A DNA stretch of 64,000 bases from Thermodesulfovibrionales bacterium (GTDB taxonomy: Bacteria; Nitrospirota; Thermodesulfovibrionia; Thermodesulfovibrionales; Dissulfurispiraceae). A program made the translations under genes and the position numbers. This document shows, piece by piece, positions 52,201 to 60,039 of the stretch. Positions within the stretch are counted from its first letter, which is position 1; each line of letters opens with the position of its first letter. Under the pieces are notes generated by a model. The model ran no database searches. It was given only the letters and a program-made list of their open reading frames with translations, and was not told the origin of the DNA. The stretch spans positions 15,672-79,671 of the forward strand of contig JAGUWD010000029.1 of assembly GCA_020062545.1 (NCBI GenBank), read 5' to 3'.

Positions 52201-54294
52201 ATGTCATTGCGAGGAGCAGCAGCGACGAAGCAATCTCAGAAGACTAAAAATATCTTCTTGATTTTATTGGCTATCTTTACCTTTGCCTTTGCCTGTTTTT
52301 CTTATGCTGGTATTGTAAATACAAAACATAATATGTCTATTACCGGTTCTGGCGGTATAAAGGCAACTACAGAGACAGAGATATGCGTGTTTTGCCACAT
52401 ACCACATAATGCACAGCCGGGCAGGCCTTTATGGAACCATGACATGCCGGGCTCGGCATATACCATGTATACAAGCGAATACCTGCACAGGGCAGGCTAT
52501 ACTGTTCCAACAGGGCTTGGAACAACCACAGGCACTCCCGGAATGCTTTCAAGGCAGTGTCTGAGCTGCCATGACGGCACGGTTGCTGTAGGGGCTGTTT
52601 ATATGGTCAGAGGGACGATCTTAGGAACAAGCCTTATTGCAATGTCCGGTGTTGCCGCAGGTGGAGAAATACCTACTGCTGCACCAGGTTATATAGGCAC
52701 AGACCTCAGGGCGCATCATCCTGTCGGCATCGAGTATAACCCGGCAATTAATATTGCCTTTGGTTCTGGCTCAAGGACTATAGAGCTCATAACGAACCCC
52801 ACATCAACGGCCATGAAGCTTTACAGGATAAGCGCGAAGGACTATGTTGAATGTTCATCGTGCCATGACCCGCATCTGGAGAATACTAAATTTTTAAGGG
52901 ATACCAGCGGCGCAACATTTGCAGCAAAGATAAGCAATACATGCACTGCATGCCATAATAAAACAGGGTGGTCGGGAAGTGTTCACCAGACTAATGCAAC
53001 AGCATATTCTGATGCAAGCGTGAGCACAACTTTTGGTGCCGGGACAATATCATCCCTTGTCTGCATGAACTGCCACAGGACGCATAAAGGCCTCGGCACT
53101 CCGTATTTATTAAGACAGGCTGAAGAGACAACGTGTTTTCAGGGTGCATCGAGCTCTGTTAATGAGACTGCCTGCCACGGCTCAAGTTCTTCGGCAACTA
53201 CAAACAGGATTCAGACAGTTATAACGAGGACATATAAACATCCAACAACAACAATATCAGGTAAACATACCGACCTCGATGTTCTTTATCCCACAGGAGG
53301 TACTCCTGCCGGAAGCCTCGGACTCGACTGGTCGAATGCAAAACATGCTGAATGCGTTGACTGCCACAATCCGCATAAGGCAAAGAATACTCCAGCACGT
53401 GTGGGAACAACCGCATGGTATCCAACGACTATTGACAATACATCCAATCAAACAGATAAATCAGGGGCGCTTACAGGTGTAACTGGCGTGCAACCAGGTA
53501 CTGCCTCTATTTGGACAGTTCCTACAACTTTTACAACTCTGGAGTCTTCGACATACGAATATCAGATATGCTTTAAATGCCATTCATACTGGGCATTGAG
53601 GGACAATGACGGCATTACTACTTACACAACAGCATCAGGCGTAACAGTAACGGATCAGGCAATGGAATTCAATCCTAACAACAAGTCTGCCCATCCTGTT
53701 GTCGTTACATTGAATAACCAGACCGGTTCTTATTCACCAAAACCATTGGCATCTTCCCAGATGTCTTCTCCTTGGGCAACCAATTTGGGCAATCAGACAA
53801 TGTACTGCTCTGACTGTCATGGTGCTGACAATGAAACATCGGGAGACCCAAAAGGACCTCATGGGTCAAATGTGAAATATATGCTTAAAGGTACAGGGAA
53901 ATACTGGCCTACAAAGAGCGATGGCACTACATTGTGGAGATTGAATTCTACCGATGCCCAAAACAGCCAGCTTTTTTGTAGAAATTGTCATCCTGTCTGG
54001 AATACTAATAGTGTTCACTCAAAGGGCGACCATAATAGTAAAAGTTACACCATAGGCGGACAAAGTGGCACAGGCATCCCATGCGTCGGATGTCATATAG
54101 TAATTCCTCACGGTTCAAAGAGGTCGAGGTTGATAGGTTATGCCTCGGATATTTCTCCATACGATTATAATAACAATACTAGCCAGATAACTCAGTTTAA
54201 AAAGGCATCAGGCCCGTCTTTTTATTCAAAGACTAACTGCCAGGCCGGTTGCGCTGGCGACCACAGTAACTCTGTATCAGGTGCCGATCCATAG
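52201..54294 (+). CDS. decahaem cytochrome c (small-cytochrome-like N-terminal module plus a roughly 450-aa extension)
   Basis: CVFCH CLSCH CSSCH CTACH CMNCH CVDCH CFKCH CSDCH CRNCH CVGCH; signal peptide ..FACFSYAG; RBS gggggt; the first 12 codons lie in a solo cassette repeat. Confidence 0.88.
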   Translation: MSLRGAAATKQSQKTKNIFLILLAIFTFAFACFSYAGIVNTKHNMSITGSGGIKATTETEICVFCHIPHNAQPGRPLWNHDMPGSAYTMYTSEYLHRAGYTVPTGLGTTTGTPGMLSRQCLSCHDGTVAVGAVYMVRGTILGTSLIAMSGVAAGGEIPTAAPGYIGTDLRAHHPVGIEYNPAINIAFGSGSRTIELITNPTSTAMKLYRISAKDYVECSSCHDPHLENTKFLRDTSGATFAAKISNTCTACHNKTGWSGSVHQTNATAYSDASVSTTFGAGTISSLVCMNCHRTHKGLGTPYLLRQAEETTCFQGASSSVNETACHGSSSSATTNRIQTVITRTYKHPTTTISGKHTDLDVLYPTGGTPAGSLGLDWSNAKHAECVDCHNPHKAKNTPARVGTTAWYPTTIDNTSNQTDKSGALTGVTGVQPGTASIWTVPTTFTTLESSTYEYQICFKCHSYWALRDNDGITTYTTASGVTVTDQAMEFNPNNKSAHPVVVTLNNQTGSYSPKPLASSQMSSPWATNLGNQTMYCSDCHGADNETSGDPKGPHGSNVKYMLKGTGKYWPTKSDGTTLWRLNSTDAQNSQLFCRNCHPVWNTNSVHSKGDHNSKSYTIGGQSGTGIPCVGCHIVIPHGSKRSRLIGYASDISPYDYNNNTSQITQFKKASGPSFYSKTNCQAGCAGDHSNSVSGADP

Positions 54295-54340
54295 AGAGTA
54301 AAAAGAGGACCGACTGCTTTTTGATTGATTTGCCCTCCAT

Positions 54341-54367
54341 AAGTGCTGTATACTGTATACAGCACTT
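54341..54367. promoter_or_regulatory. perfect 13-bp-arm palindrome, probable VapB operator
   Basis: aagtgctgtatac t gtatacagcactt, 20 nt upstream of the vapB ATG. Confidence 0.55.
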
Positions 54368-54386
54368 AAAAACAGGAGGTTTTAAA

Positions 54387-54665
54387 ATGTCTGTTGCAGA
54401 GAAAAGAACGCAGGTCTATTTTCCAATGGAACTGTATAAGAAGGTAGAAAAAAAGGCTAAAAAGGAATCCAGGTCTTCTGCCGCGATTATCAGGGAGGCT
54501 GTTGCACAGTATCTTGAGAAGGAGGAAGAAAAAGAAATTGACTGGGAGAATGATCCGATATTTAAACTGGCGGGAATTATGAAAAGCGGCGTTGGGGATC
54601 TCTCTGTGAATCATGATTATTACCTGTATGGAATGAAAAAGAAGAAAGTTGTTAAAAAGCAGTGA
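54387..54665 (+). CDS. vapB: RHH-type VapB antitoxin
   Basis: MSVAEKRTQVYFPMELYKKVEKKAK..SAAIIREAVAQYL; overlaps vapC by 4 nt. Confidence 0.75.
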   Translation: MSVAEKRTQVYFPMELYKKVEKKAKKESRSSAAIIREAVAQYLEKEEEKEIDWENDPIFKLAGIMKSGVGDLSVNHDYYLYGMKKKKVVKKQ

Positions 54666-55075
54666 ACAGAGTTTTTGTTGACACGAGCGCTTTTATAGCG
54701 GTATTTGATAAAGATGATGATTTGCATTCTGAAGCGCTAAGACTATTTGATGAGATTAAAAATAAAAAAATCCAGATGGTTGTTACCGACTATATTCTGA
54801 GCGAGTCAATTACAACCGCTATGGCGAGGGCAGGGCATAGAATAGCTGTTACAGTAGGAGAGTTTATTCTTGGCAGTCATGTGGTTGAACTTATCTGGCT
54901 TGATAAGACGATCAAGCTCAAGGCATGGGAATTTTTTAAGAAATATTCTGATAAAAGTTATTCCTTTACCGACTGTACAAGCTTTGTAGTGATGAAAGAA
55001 ATAAAGGTAAATCACTTTTTTGCCTTTGACGAGGATTTTACTAAAGCAGGATTTGTTGATTTCTCAAATAAATAA
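54662..55075 (+). CDS. vapC: PIN-domain toxin VapC
   Basis: VFVDTSAFIAVFDKDD..H, ..TD.I..E.., FTDCTSF.. acidic PIN residues. Confidence 0.85.
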   Translation: MNRVFVDTSAFIAVFDKDDDLHSEALRLFDEIKNKKIQMVVTDYILSESITTAMARAGHRIAVTVGEFILGSHVVELIWLDKTIKLKAWEFFKKYSDKSYSFTDCTSFVVMKEIKVNHFFAFDEDFTKAGFVDFSNK

Positions 55076-55120
55076 ACTCTGCTGTTTTACAGCATAAATC
55101 TTTATTTTTTAGGAGGTTCT

Positions 55121-55723
55121 ATGTTTTTTCTCAGAATGTTTTTTGTAGTTGCTGCATGTCTTCTTTTGCCTCTGAGCGCTTTTGCCTTTGGAGGCCATGA
55201 CGGCCTGGTCTGCTCTGGCTGTCATTCAATTCACACTGCAAAGGATACCATAATCTTTGCAGTGCCTCAGAACAAGGTGGATGTCAATCCAAAGACAAAA
55301 CAGCCTTATGCAACAATAACAGCTCTCTGTCTTGGATGCCATCAAACACCTGAAAAGGGCGGCATGGGCATTAAGCCGATAGCGGCTCACATGAGCCATC
55401 CATACGGACTTAGCAGCGTAAACTCTAAGGTAGCACGTGTTCCAGAAGAATCGTTGAGGGATGGAAAATTCGAGTGTATTGGCTGCCATGACCCGCACCC
55501 ATCAAATCCGAATTACAGGTATCTCAGGTATGATGCAGGAGCTAATGGCTCAAAGATGGAGAATTTCTGTGCAGCATGTCATCCTATGAAGGCAGATCCA
55601 AAGGCAGCAAGTGCAAAACCGCATGGATTTAACAGTATGGATGAGAGGCTTTTTGGAGCATCAGGTTCATATGCGCCAGCATCGCCTGCAGAAACTCCTG
55701 CACCAAAGCCCAAGAAGAAATAA
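55121..55723 (+). CDS. secreted tetrahaem cytochrome c with a Pro/Ala/Lys-rich tail
   Basis: CSGCH CLGCH CIGCH CAACH; signal peptide ..LSAFA; mature N-terminus FGGHDGLVCSGCHSIH; tail APASPAETPAPKPKKK. Confidence 0.85.
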   Translation: MFFLRMFFVVAACLLLPLSAFAFGGHDGLVCSGCHSIHTAKDTIIFAVPQNKVDVNPKTKQPYATITALCLGCHQTPEKGGMGIKPIAAHMSHPYGLSSVNSKVARVPEESLRDGKFECIGCHDPHPSNPNYRYLRYDAGANGSKMENFCAACHPMKADPKAASAKPHGFNSMDERLFGASGSYAPASPAETPAPKPKKK

Positions 55724-55746
55724 ATAGAGTTGGATCGTGATTAAAA

Positions 55747-55776
55747 GGGCTGGCATATAGTGCCAGCTCTTTCTTA
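55747..55776 (+). terminator. intrinsic terminator-like hairpin
   Basis: gctggca tatag tgccagc followed by tctttctt. Confidence 0.5.
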
Positions 55777-55787
55777 TAATATGAGAG

Positions 55788-57053
55788 ATGTCTGAAGAAC
55801 AGAGGAATGTCCTTTTTGAGAGGATCAACAAATTCGTTTGGTCAGATGGAGCAAACGATGATTTTAATTCGCTATGCCTCGATGCCTTTGAATATCAGTA
55901 TAACGCAAGCGAGGCTTACAGAAAGTATTGCCTGAACAAAGGCGCAAAACCGCAAGATATTTCGTCATGGCTTGATATTCCTGCTTTCCCGTCCGATGCA
56001 TTTAAAAAAGATGTTATAGTATCCTTTCCTATCGAAAAAGCGGTAATGGAGAATCTCACAAGCGGCACGACATGCCCTGAGTTGAGAGGTAGTGTTTTCA
56101 GGGATGAATACGGCAGGAAACTCGCCCTCGATTGCAATAGAAAGGTTATGGGTGATTATATCTTCCCGGAAGGATATCGGATGCCCATCCTTATCCTTGC
56201 GCCTCCTCCTGAAATGGCTCCGACAATGGGGATGGCAATAGGCATGGCAGAGACAATCAAGCATTTTGGCGCTGAAGGGAGCGATTTTTTTATAACAAAA
56301 AGGGGACTTAAAATAAAGGAGCTTATTAAGACCATGCGCGATTTTGAATACAAAGGCAAACCCATTGCCATTATAGGTTCTACATCGGCATTTGTTTTTA
56401 TTTTTAATTCGTGCAGAGAAAACGGCATAAGATTTTCTTTGCCCAGAGGCAGCCGAATTGTGGACGGCGGAGGATACAGGGGAAAGTTTGGAGAATGCAC
56501 ACGTGAAATGTATTATAAGCAGTGTTTTGAAATACTCGGCATTTCCGAAGAATATTGCGTGAATGTCCTGGGAATGGCCGAATGCACAACCAATTTTGTG
56601 GATTCTTCGCTGAGGGATGCCTTAAACGGCATAAAGCGCAAAAGGTACAAGCCGAACCATAAGTGGGCGAGGGTTGTTGCTTTTGATATGGAGACATGTT
56701 CGAGGCCTTTGCCGCAGGGCGAACTCGGATTGCTAAGGCATTACGACCTTGCAAATCTTCCCACGGTCATTGCCGTTCAGACCGACAATCTCGGCTATAA
56801 TACGGGGGATGGGTTTGAAATCATAGGCAGGGCGAAGGTTGTTAACGGAAAGGTGTCGATGATACCTTCTGATAAGCCAGTAGGGCCTATGGGCGAAAAA
56901 AAGATATTTTCTTTCTTAGATGCTTACATGAAATTTTCTATAAAACGCCAGATATCAAAGATTAAGAAAGACGAATCATTCTGCCCGTGCGGAGAGATTA
57001 TCGACGACATGATTGTCGGCAAGACGAATAAGATAGAGGATCGATCCTGTTAA
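55788..57053 (+). CDS. LuxE-like acyl-protein synthetase / adenylate-forming enzyme
   Basis: N-terminal ..F..L.L..F.YQY..S.AYRKYC...G........IPAFPSDAFK resembles the LuxE family; assignment by eye only. Confidence 0.45.
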   Translation: MSEEQRNVLFERINKFVWSDGANDDFNSLCLDAFEYQYNASEAYRKYCLNKGAKPQDISSWLDIPAFPSDAFKKDVIVSFPIEKAVMENLTSGTTCPELRGSVFRDEYGRKLALDCNRKVMGDYIFPEGYRMPILILAPPPEMAPTMGMAIGMAETIKHFGAEGSDFFITKRGLKIKELIKTMRDFEYKGKPIAIIGSTSAFVFIFNSCRENGIRFSLPRGSRIVDGGGYRGKFGECTREMYYKQCFEILGISEEYCVNVLGMAECTTNFVDSSLRDALNGIKRKRYKPNHKWARVVAFDMETCSRPLPQGELGLLRHYDLANLPTVIAVQTDNLGYNTGDGFEIIGRAKVVNGKVSMIPSDKPVGPMGEKKIFSFLDAYMKFSIKRQISKIKKDESFCPCGEIIDDMIVGKTNKIEDRSC

Positions 57054-57070
57054 AAAAGTTTTTTAAAACC

Positions 57071-58396
57071 ATAACAAAACCCAAATTTATCATATCCCTT
57101 ATAATCCTGACCCTCATTGCCACTTTTATAGGTGTGATAGTTCCACAGGTCAGTGATAAGAGTCCTTCTTATTTCAATGGATGGGAGCTCAAGTCGCCAA
57201 AGACATTTTATATCGTAAATCTACTCCAGCTTAACAGGGTTTACACATCCGTATGGTTTTTATTGCTTGTGTTTATTATCATGCTGTCTCTTGGATATTC
57301 ATTATATTCGCAGGTCAGGAGAAATCTGAAAAGAAGGGACTTCGTTCCATTATCGAGCCATTGGCCGGCTGCAGCCGATTGGGATTCTATAGATACCAAA
57401 ACCGTGATCGAACAGGAAAGCCTTATAAGATTTATGAGAGGACGGAGATATTTCCTGAAAAACGGGAGAGACGACGTTCTTGTATTCACAAAGAATTCTA
57501 TTAATAGATGGGGAGGCGTGATATTCCACTCCGGGTTGTTCTTGATAATTATTGCTGCGCTCGTTGGTCTTGCCTTTCAGGAGAGGGGATTTGTTCAGAT
57601 AATGGAAGGCGAGGTGTTTTCAGGAATGCACGATGATTTTCTTGTTAAGGATTTGGGTGTCTTTCAAGAGAGATTCGATGCGGGGTTTAAAACCCAGTTA
57701 TATAAGTTCTATCATGAATACTGGGAAACCGACCAGATAAAGGATATTTCGAGTTCTGTGAATATTATCGATAAGGATGGAAAGACTAAAGAGAAGACAA
57801 TAAATGTAAATAGTCCTCTCAAGTACAACGGTATAAATATTTACCAGTCCTTTGATTACGGCTATGCCCTCACATTTGCTTTGAAAAGACCTGATGGAAG
57901 CGAGACCGTTACCCATTTCCTCCTCGACCGTCCTGACAGAAAGACAAAGCCATTTGTGGGCAAAACCGACTTTCCTCAGACACCGTATATTTTTAGAATG
58001 AAATTTTATCCCGACATATCCATGAATTCTTTTCATTTGGGGAAACCAATTTTGTATCTGCAGGTGTTAAAAGGCATGAACAATCCGGTTTTTGAAGGGC
58101 TTGTTATTCCTGGAAATGTGATGAATATAGAAGACAATATCGTGCGATTCGTTAACATATCACACTGGAGCGGGCTCATTTATGTGAAAGGCGTTGATAT
58201 GACTATTGCATATATCGGCTTTTTTATAAGCTGCATAGGGGCATCGATAATATTCCTTTTGCCGCATAAGGAGATGTTTATCTCACAGAAGGGTTCTGTG
58301 TTATCATTATATGGAAGGACCAGCAGATACAAACCGCTTTTTGAAGAAGAAATGGAAGCAATTAAAAAGGAGATAAAAGAGAGATATGAACAGTGA
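57071..58396 (+). CDS. resB: System II cytochrome c biogenesis protein ResB/Ccs1; start uncertain (no canonical start before the first TM helix)
   Basis: KPKFIISLIILTLIATFIGVIVPQ is the family-typical first helix but lies upstream of the first canonical start (GTG 57134), in frame directly after the LuxE-like TAA; large periplasmic domain, C-terminal TM. Confidence 0.7.
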   Translation: MTKPKFIISLIILTLIATFIGVIVPQVSDKSPSYFNGWELKSPKTFYIVNLLQLNRVYTSVWFLLLVFIIMLSLGYSLYSQVRRNLKRRDFVPLSSHWPAAADWDSIDTKTVIEQESLIRFMRGRRYFLKNGRDDVLVFTKNSINRWGGVIFHSGLFLIIIAALVGLAFQERGFVQIMEGEVFSGMHDDFLVKDLGVFQERFDAGFKTQLYKFYHEYWETDQIKDISSSVNIIDKDGKTKEKTINVNSPLKYNGINIYQSFDYGYALTFALKRPDGSETVTHFLLDRPDRKTKPFVGKTDFPQTPYIFRMKFYPDISMNSFHLGKPILYLQVLKGMNNPVFEGLVIPGNVMNIEDNIVRFVNISHWSGLIYVKGVDMTIAYIGFFISCIGASIIFLLPHKEMFISQKGSVLSLYGRTSRYKPLFEEEMEAIKKEIKERYEQ

Positions 58397-59210
58397 ATTG
58401 CAGATAATCTTCAACTGGATAGCCATAGGATTTTATATTGTCTCGACGGTCTTCTTTGCCTACAGTGTATCATTCCAGAAGGAAAAGACATTGAAACCAG
58501 CAATATTATTGGCTTTGATCGGACTCATTCCCCATGCAATCGCTATTGCTATCAGATGGAAAATCACGGGGCATGGGCCGTATATGGCAAAGTATGAGGT
58601 TTTATCATCCAATGCATGGATAACCGTTTTATTGTTCATTATCGTTGCATGGAAAATACCGAGACTCAGACCTGCAGGCGTTATCGTAATGCCTCTGAGT
58701 TTTTTGATGATGGCCTTCGGGTTGTTTATGAGCCCCGAGATCAGGAGACTTCCGCCGTCTCTAAGGAGCATATGGCTTATAATCCATGTCACATTTAACA
58801 AGCTCGCAGCAGGTGCGATAATTATCGCCCTCGGAACATCGGTGCTTTATCTGCTTAAAGAGAAGCGGCACGACAGGGATTTTTATAAAAAACTTCCTTC
58901 CCTCGATGTCCTTGATGCCTACAGTTACAAGTTTATAGGCTTTGGGTTTATCTTCTGGAGCATAACAATAGCTGCAGGCGCTATATGGGCAAACGAGGCA
59001 TGGGGAAGATACTGGGGATGGGATCCTATAGAGACATGGTCGCTCATAACATGGCTTTTATACGGTTTATACCTTCATGCCCGATATTTCTTGAAATGGC
59101 AAGGAAGAAAGGCTGCATGGCTGATGGTAGTGTGCTTTGCGTTTTCGGTATTAACGATATTCATTATACCGTTTGTGGTTGAGTCGCTGCACTCGGAGTA
59201 CTTCAGGTAA
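58386..59210 (+). CDS. ccsA: System II cytochrome c biogenesis protein CcsA/ResC
   Basis: Trp-rich haem-handling motif WANEAWGRYWGWDPIETW; 8 TM pattern; overlaps the resB stop. Confidence 0.9.
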   Translation: MNSELQIIFNWIAIGFYIVSTVFFAYSVSFQKEKTLKPAILLALIGLIPHAIAIAIRWKITGHGPYMAKYEVLSSNAWITVLLFIIVAWKIPRLRPAGVIVMPLSFLMMAFGLFMSPEIRRLPPSLRSIWLIIHVTFNKLAAGAIIIALGTSVLYLLKEKRHDRDFYKKLPSLDVLDAYSYKFIGFGFIFWSITIAAGAIWANEAWGRYWGWDPIETWSLITWLLYGLYLHARYFLKWQGRKAAWLMVVCFAFSVLTIFIIPFVVESLHSEYFR

Positions 59211-59220
59211 AGAGGGTATT

Positions 59221-59565
59221 GTCATTGCGAGGCGTAGCCGAAGCAATCTTTATGGAAAAGTACTACTACATTTATATAATGACTAACAAAAATAATAAAG
59301 TTCTTTATACAGGTGTCACAAGCGACCTAAAACGAAGAGTTTATGAACATAAAGAGAAGTTGATTGAGGGATTTACAAAGAGATATAACATTACTAAGCT
59401 GATTTACTACGAAATTTATAGAGATGCCGAAAAAGCAATTTTAAGAGAAAAACAAATAAAAGGTGGTTCAAGAGCTAAAAAGGAAATGTTGGTTAATGGT
59501 TTTAATCCTGAATGGAGGGACCTGTATACTGAATTATGAGATTGCTTCGCTTTGCTCGCAATGAC
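59221..59565 (+). mobile_element. GIY-YIG gene cassette bounded by about 28-bp hairpin-forming inverted repeats
   Basis: Left gtcattgcgaggcgtagccgaagcaatct (59221-59249); right agattgcttcgctttgctcgcaatgac (59539-59565); related copies at 45799-45879 and 52203-52235. Confidence 0.65.
59252..59539 (+). CDS. GIY-YIG nuclease-family protein (UPF0213/YhbQ-like)
   Basis: YYYIYIMTNKNNKVLYTGVTSDLKRRVYEHK...REKQIKG. Confidence 0.85.
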   Translation: MEKYYYIYIMTNKNNKVLYTGVTSDLKRRVYEHKEKLIEGFTKRYNITKLIYYEIYRDAEKAILREKQIKGGSRAKKEMLVNGFNPEWRDLYTEL

Positions 59566-60039
59566 AGAAAATTTTGGTTTTGTATTTTTGTCTTTTTCCT
59601 GCTCTCAGCTTGCGCTCAGATAGAAAACTCGCAGGACAGGATGCTGGTCAAGGATACGATTATGAGTTACAACAGGCTGCTTATCGAGGCTGCAAAAACC
59701 GGCGATACCGAGCCATTGAAGGACTTATTGATTCAGAAGGAGGGGGAGAAGCTTAATCACTGGATAGCTTCGTGGCATGACTCCAACGTGTATATGGACG
59801 GCAGGCTTGAGAGTATCAAATTTAAAAATATCAACATATCCGGAAATGCTGCAAATGTTATAACATCAGAGGACTGGGTATACGAGTACAAAAATCTTGA
59901 GACCAGACAATCGGTATTGCCTGCTTCAAGAATTCATTACGAGATGGAATATATATTGCAAAGAGCTAATAAAGATAAAAAGTGGGTTATAAAAGAGATA
60001 AACATAAAGGCAGAGAAGGAAGACAAAGGCAATAAATGA
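59536..60039 (+). CDS. hypothetical lipoprotein
   Basis: LLSAC lipobox; start codon and first 10 codons (MRLLRFARND) lie inside the right cassette repeat. Confidence 0.5.
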   Translation: MRLLRFARNDRKFWFCIFVFFLLSACAQIENSQDRMLVKDTIMSYNRLLIEAAKTGDTEPLKDLLIQKEGEKLNHWIASWHDSNVYMDGRLESIKFKNINISGNAANVITSEDWVYEYKNLETRQSVLPASRIHYEMEYILQRANKDKKWVIKEINIKAEKEDKGNK

